Both the position numbers and the translations under genes were made by a program. Source: Tubiluchus corallicola (Eukaryota; Animalia; Priapulida). Taken from it: 64,000 nucleotides of DNA. Below the pieces are notes generated by a model that saw nothing but the letters and a program-made list of their open reading frames with translations, was not told the DNA's origin and searched no databases. The DNA lies in contig JAQGDQ010002366.1 of NCBI GenBank assembly GCA_030141605.1, positions 690,660 through 754,659 of the forward strand, in the 5' to 3' direction. Shown piece after piece: positions 63,700-64,000 of the stretch. The first letter of the stretch is position 1. Each line of letters opens with the position of its first letter.

Positions 63700-63923
63700 T
63701 TTTTAGGCGCAGCCTTGAACCGATATCGTGTTCCGTTACAATGCAAGTATTGTTTTCTTTAATTTGTCCAGGCACACCTGTTTGCTCTGAAAATTAATTT
63801 CTGCCGACTCATTTCTTTTTAGGCACAGCCTTGAACAGATATCGTGTTCCATTACAGGTAATAGCGCAAGTATTGTTTTCTTTAATTTGTCCAGGTACAC
63901 CTGTTTGCTCTGAAAATTAATTT
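63700..63923. repeat. Two-copy tandem duplication, ~116-bp period
   Basis: 63700-63800 and 63816-63923 are near-identical apart from a 7-nt indel after TTACA. Confidence 0.93.
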
Positions 63924-64000
63924 TTGTCTTCATTGCACGTTTTAACGGTTTTTGTTGTTTTGCCTTTTACAAAAGCTATGAAAACAACGAAAAATGGACA

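Overview
AT-rich, intron-containing genomic DNA from an animal, most likely an invertebrate. It is not prokaryotic: there are no operons, rRNA or CRISPR arrays. Three intact spliced genes can be rebuilt by hand with GT-AG junctions and consistent phases. (1) A Rab34/Rab36-type GTPase (+, 9 coding exons, 3959-9738, 266 aa). (2) TCTE1/DRC5, a dynein regulatory complex LRR subunit (-, 4 coding exons, 17839-13132, 459 aa), tail-to-tail with the Rab gene and with an RFX X-box in its likely promoter. (3) A 9-cysteine maverick-type TGF-beta ligand (-, 2 exons, 50661-41867, 417 aa). The rest is decayed mobile DNA (a Naiad-type Penelope-like element; CR1/L2-, RTE- and RTEX-type LINE remnants; tRNA-derived SINE heads; MITE/foldback elements) and microsatellites. 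I cannot demonstrate a new biological system from sequence alone. The best leads are: a hyper-basic mature arm in the TGF-beta ligand facing an acidic prodomain; double CRE + C/EBP sites in its promoter, a Pumilio-element cluster in its 3' region and a ~50-bp-period CCAAT array in its intron; a ~425-bp palindrome with two outward-facing tRNA-like cassettes; and a MITE family carrying DR1 nuclear-receptor sites. Family assignments come from recalled motifs, not database searches. Repeat boundaries are approximate.
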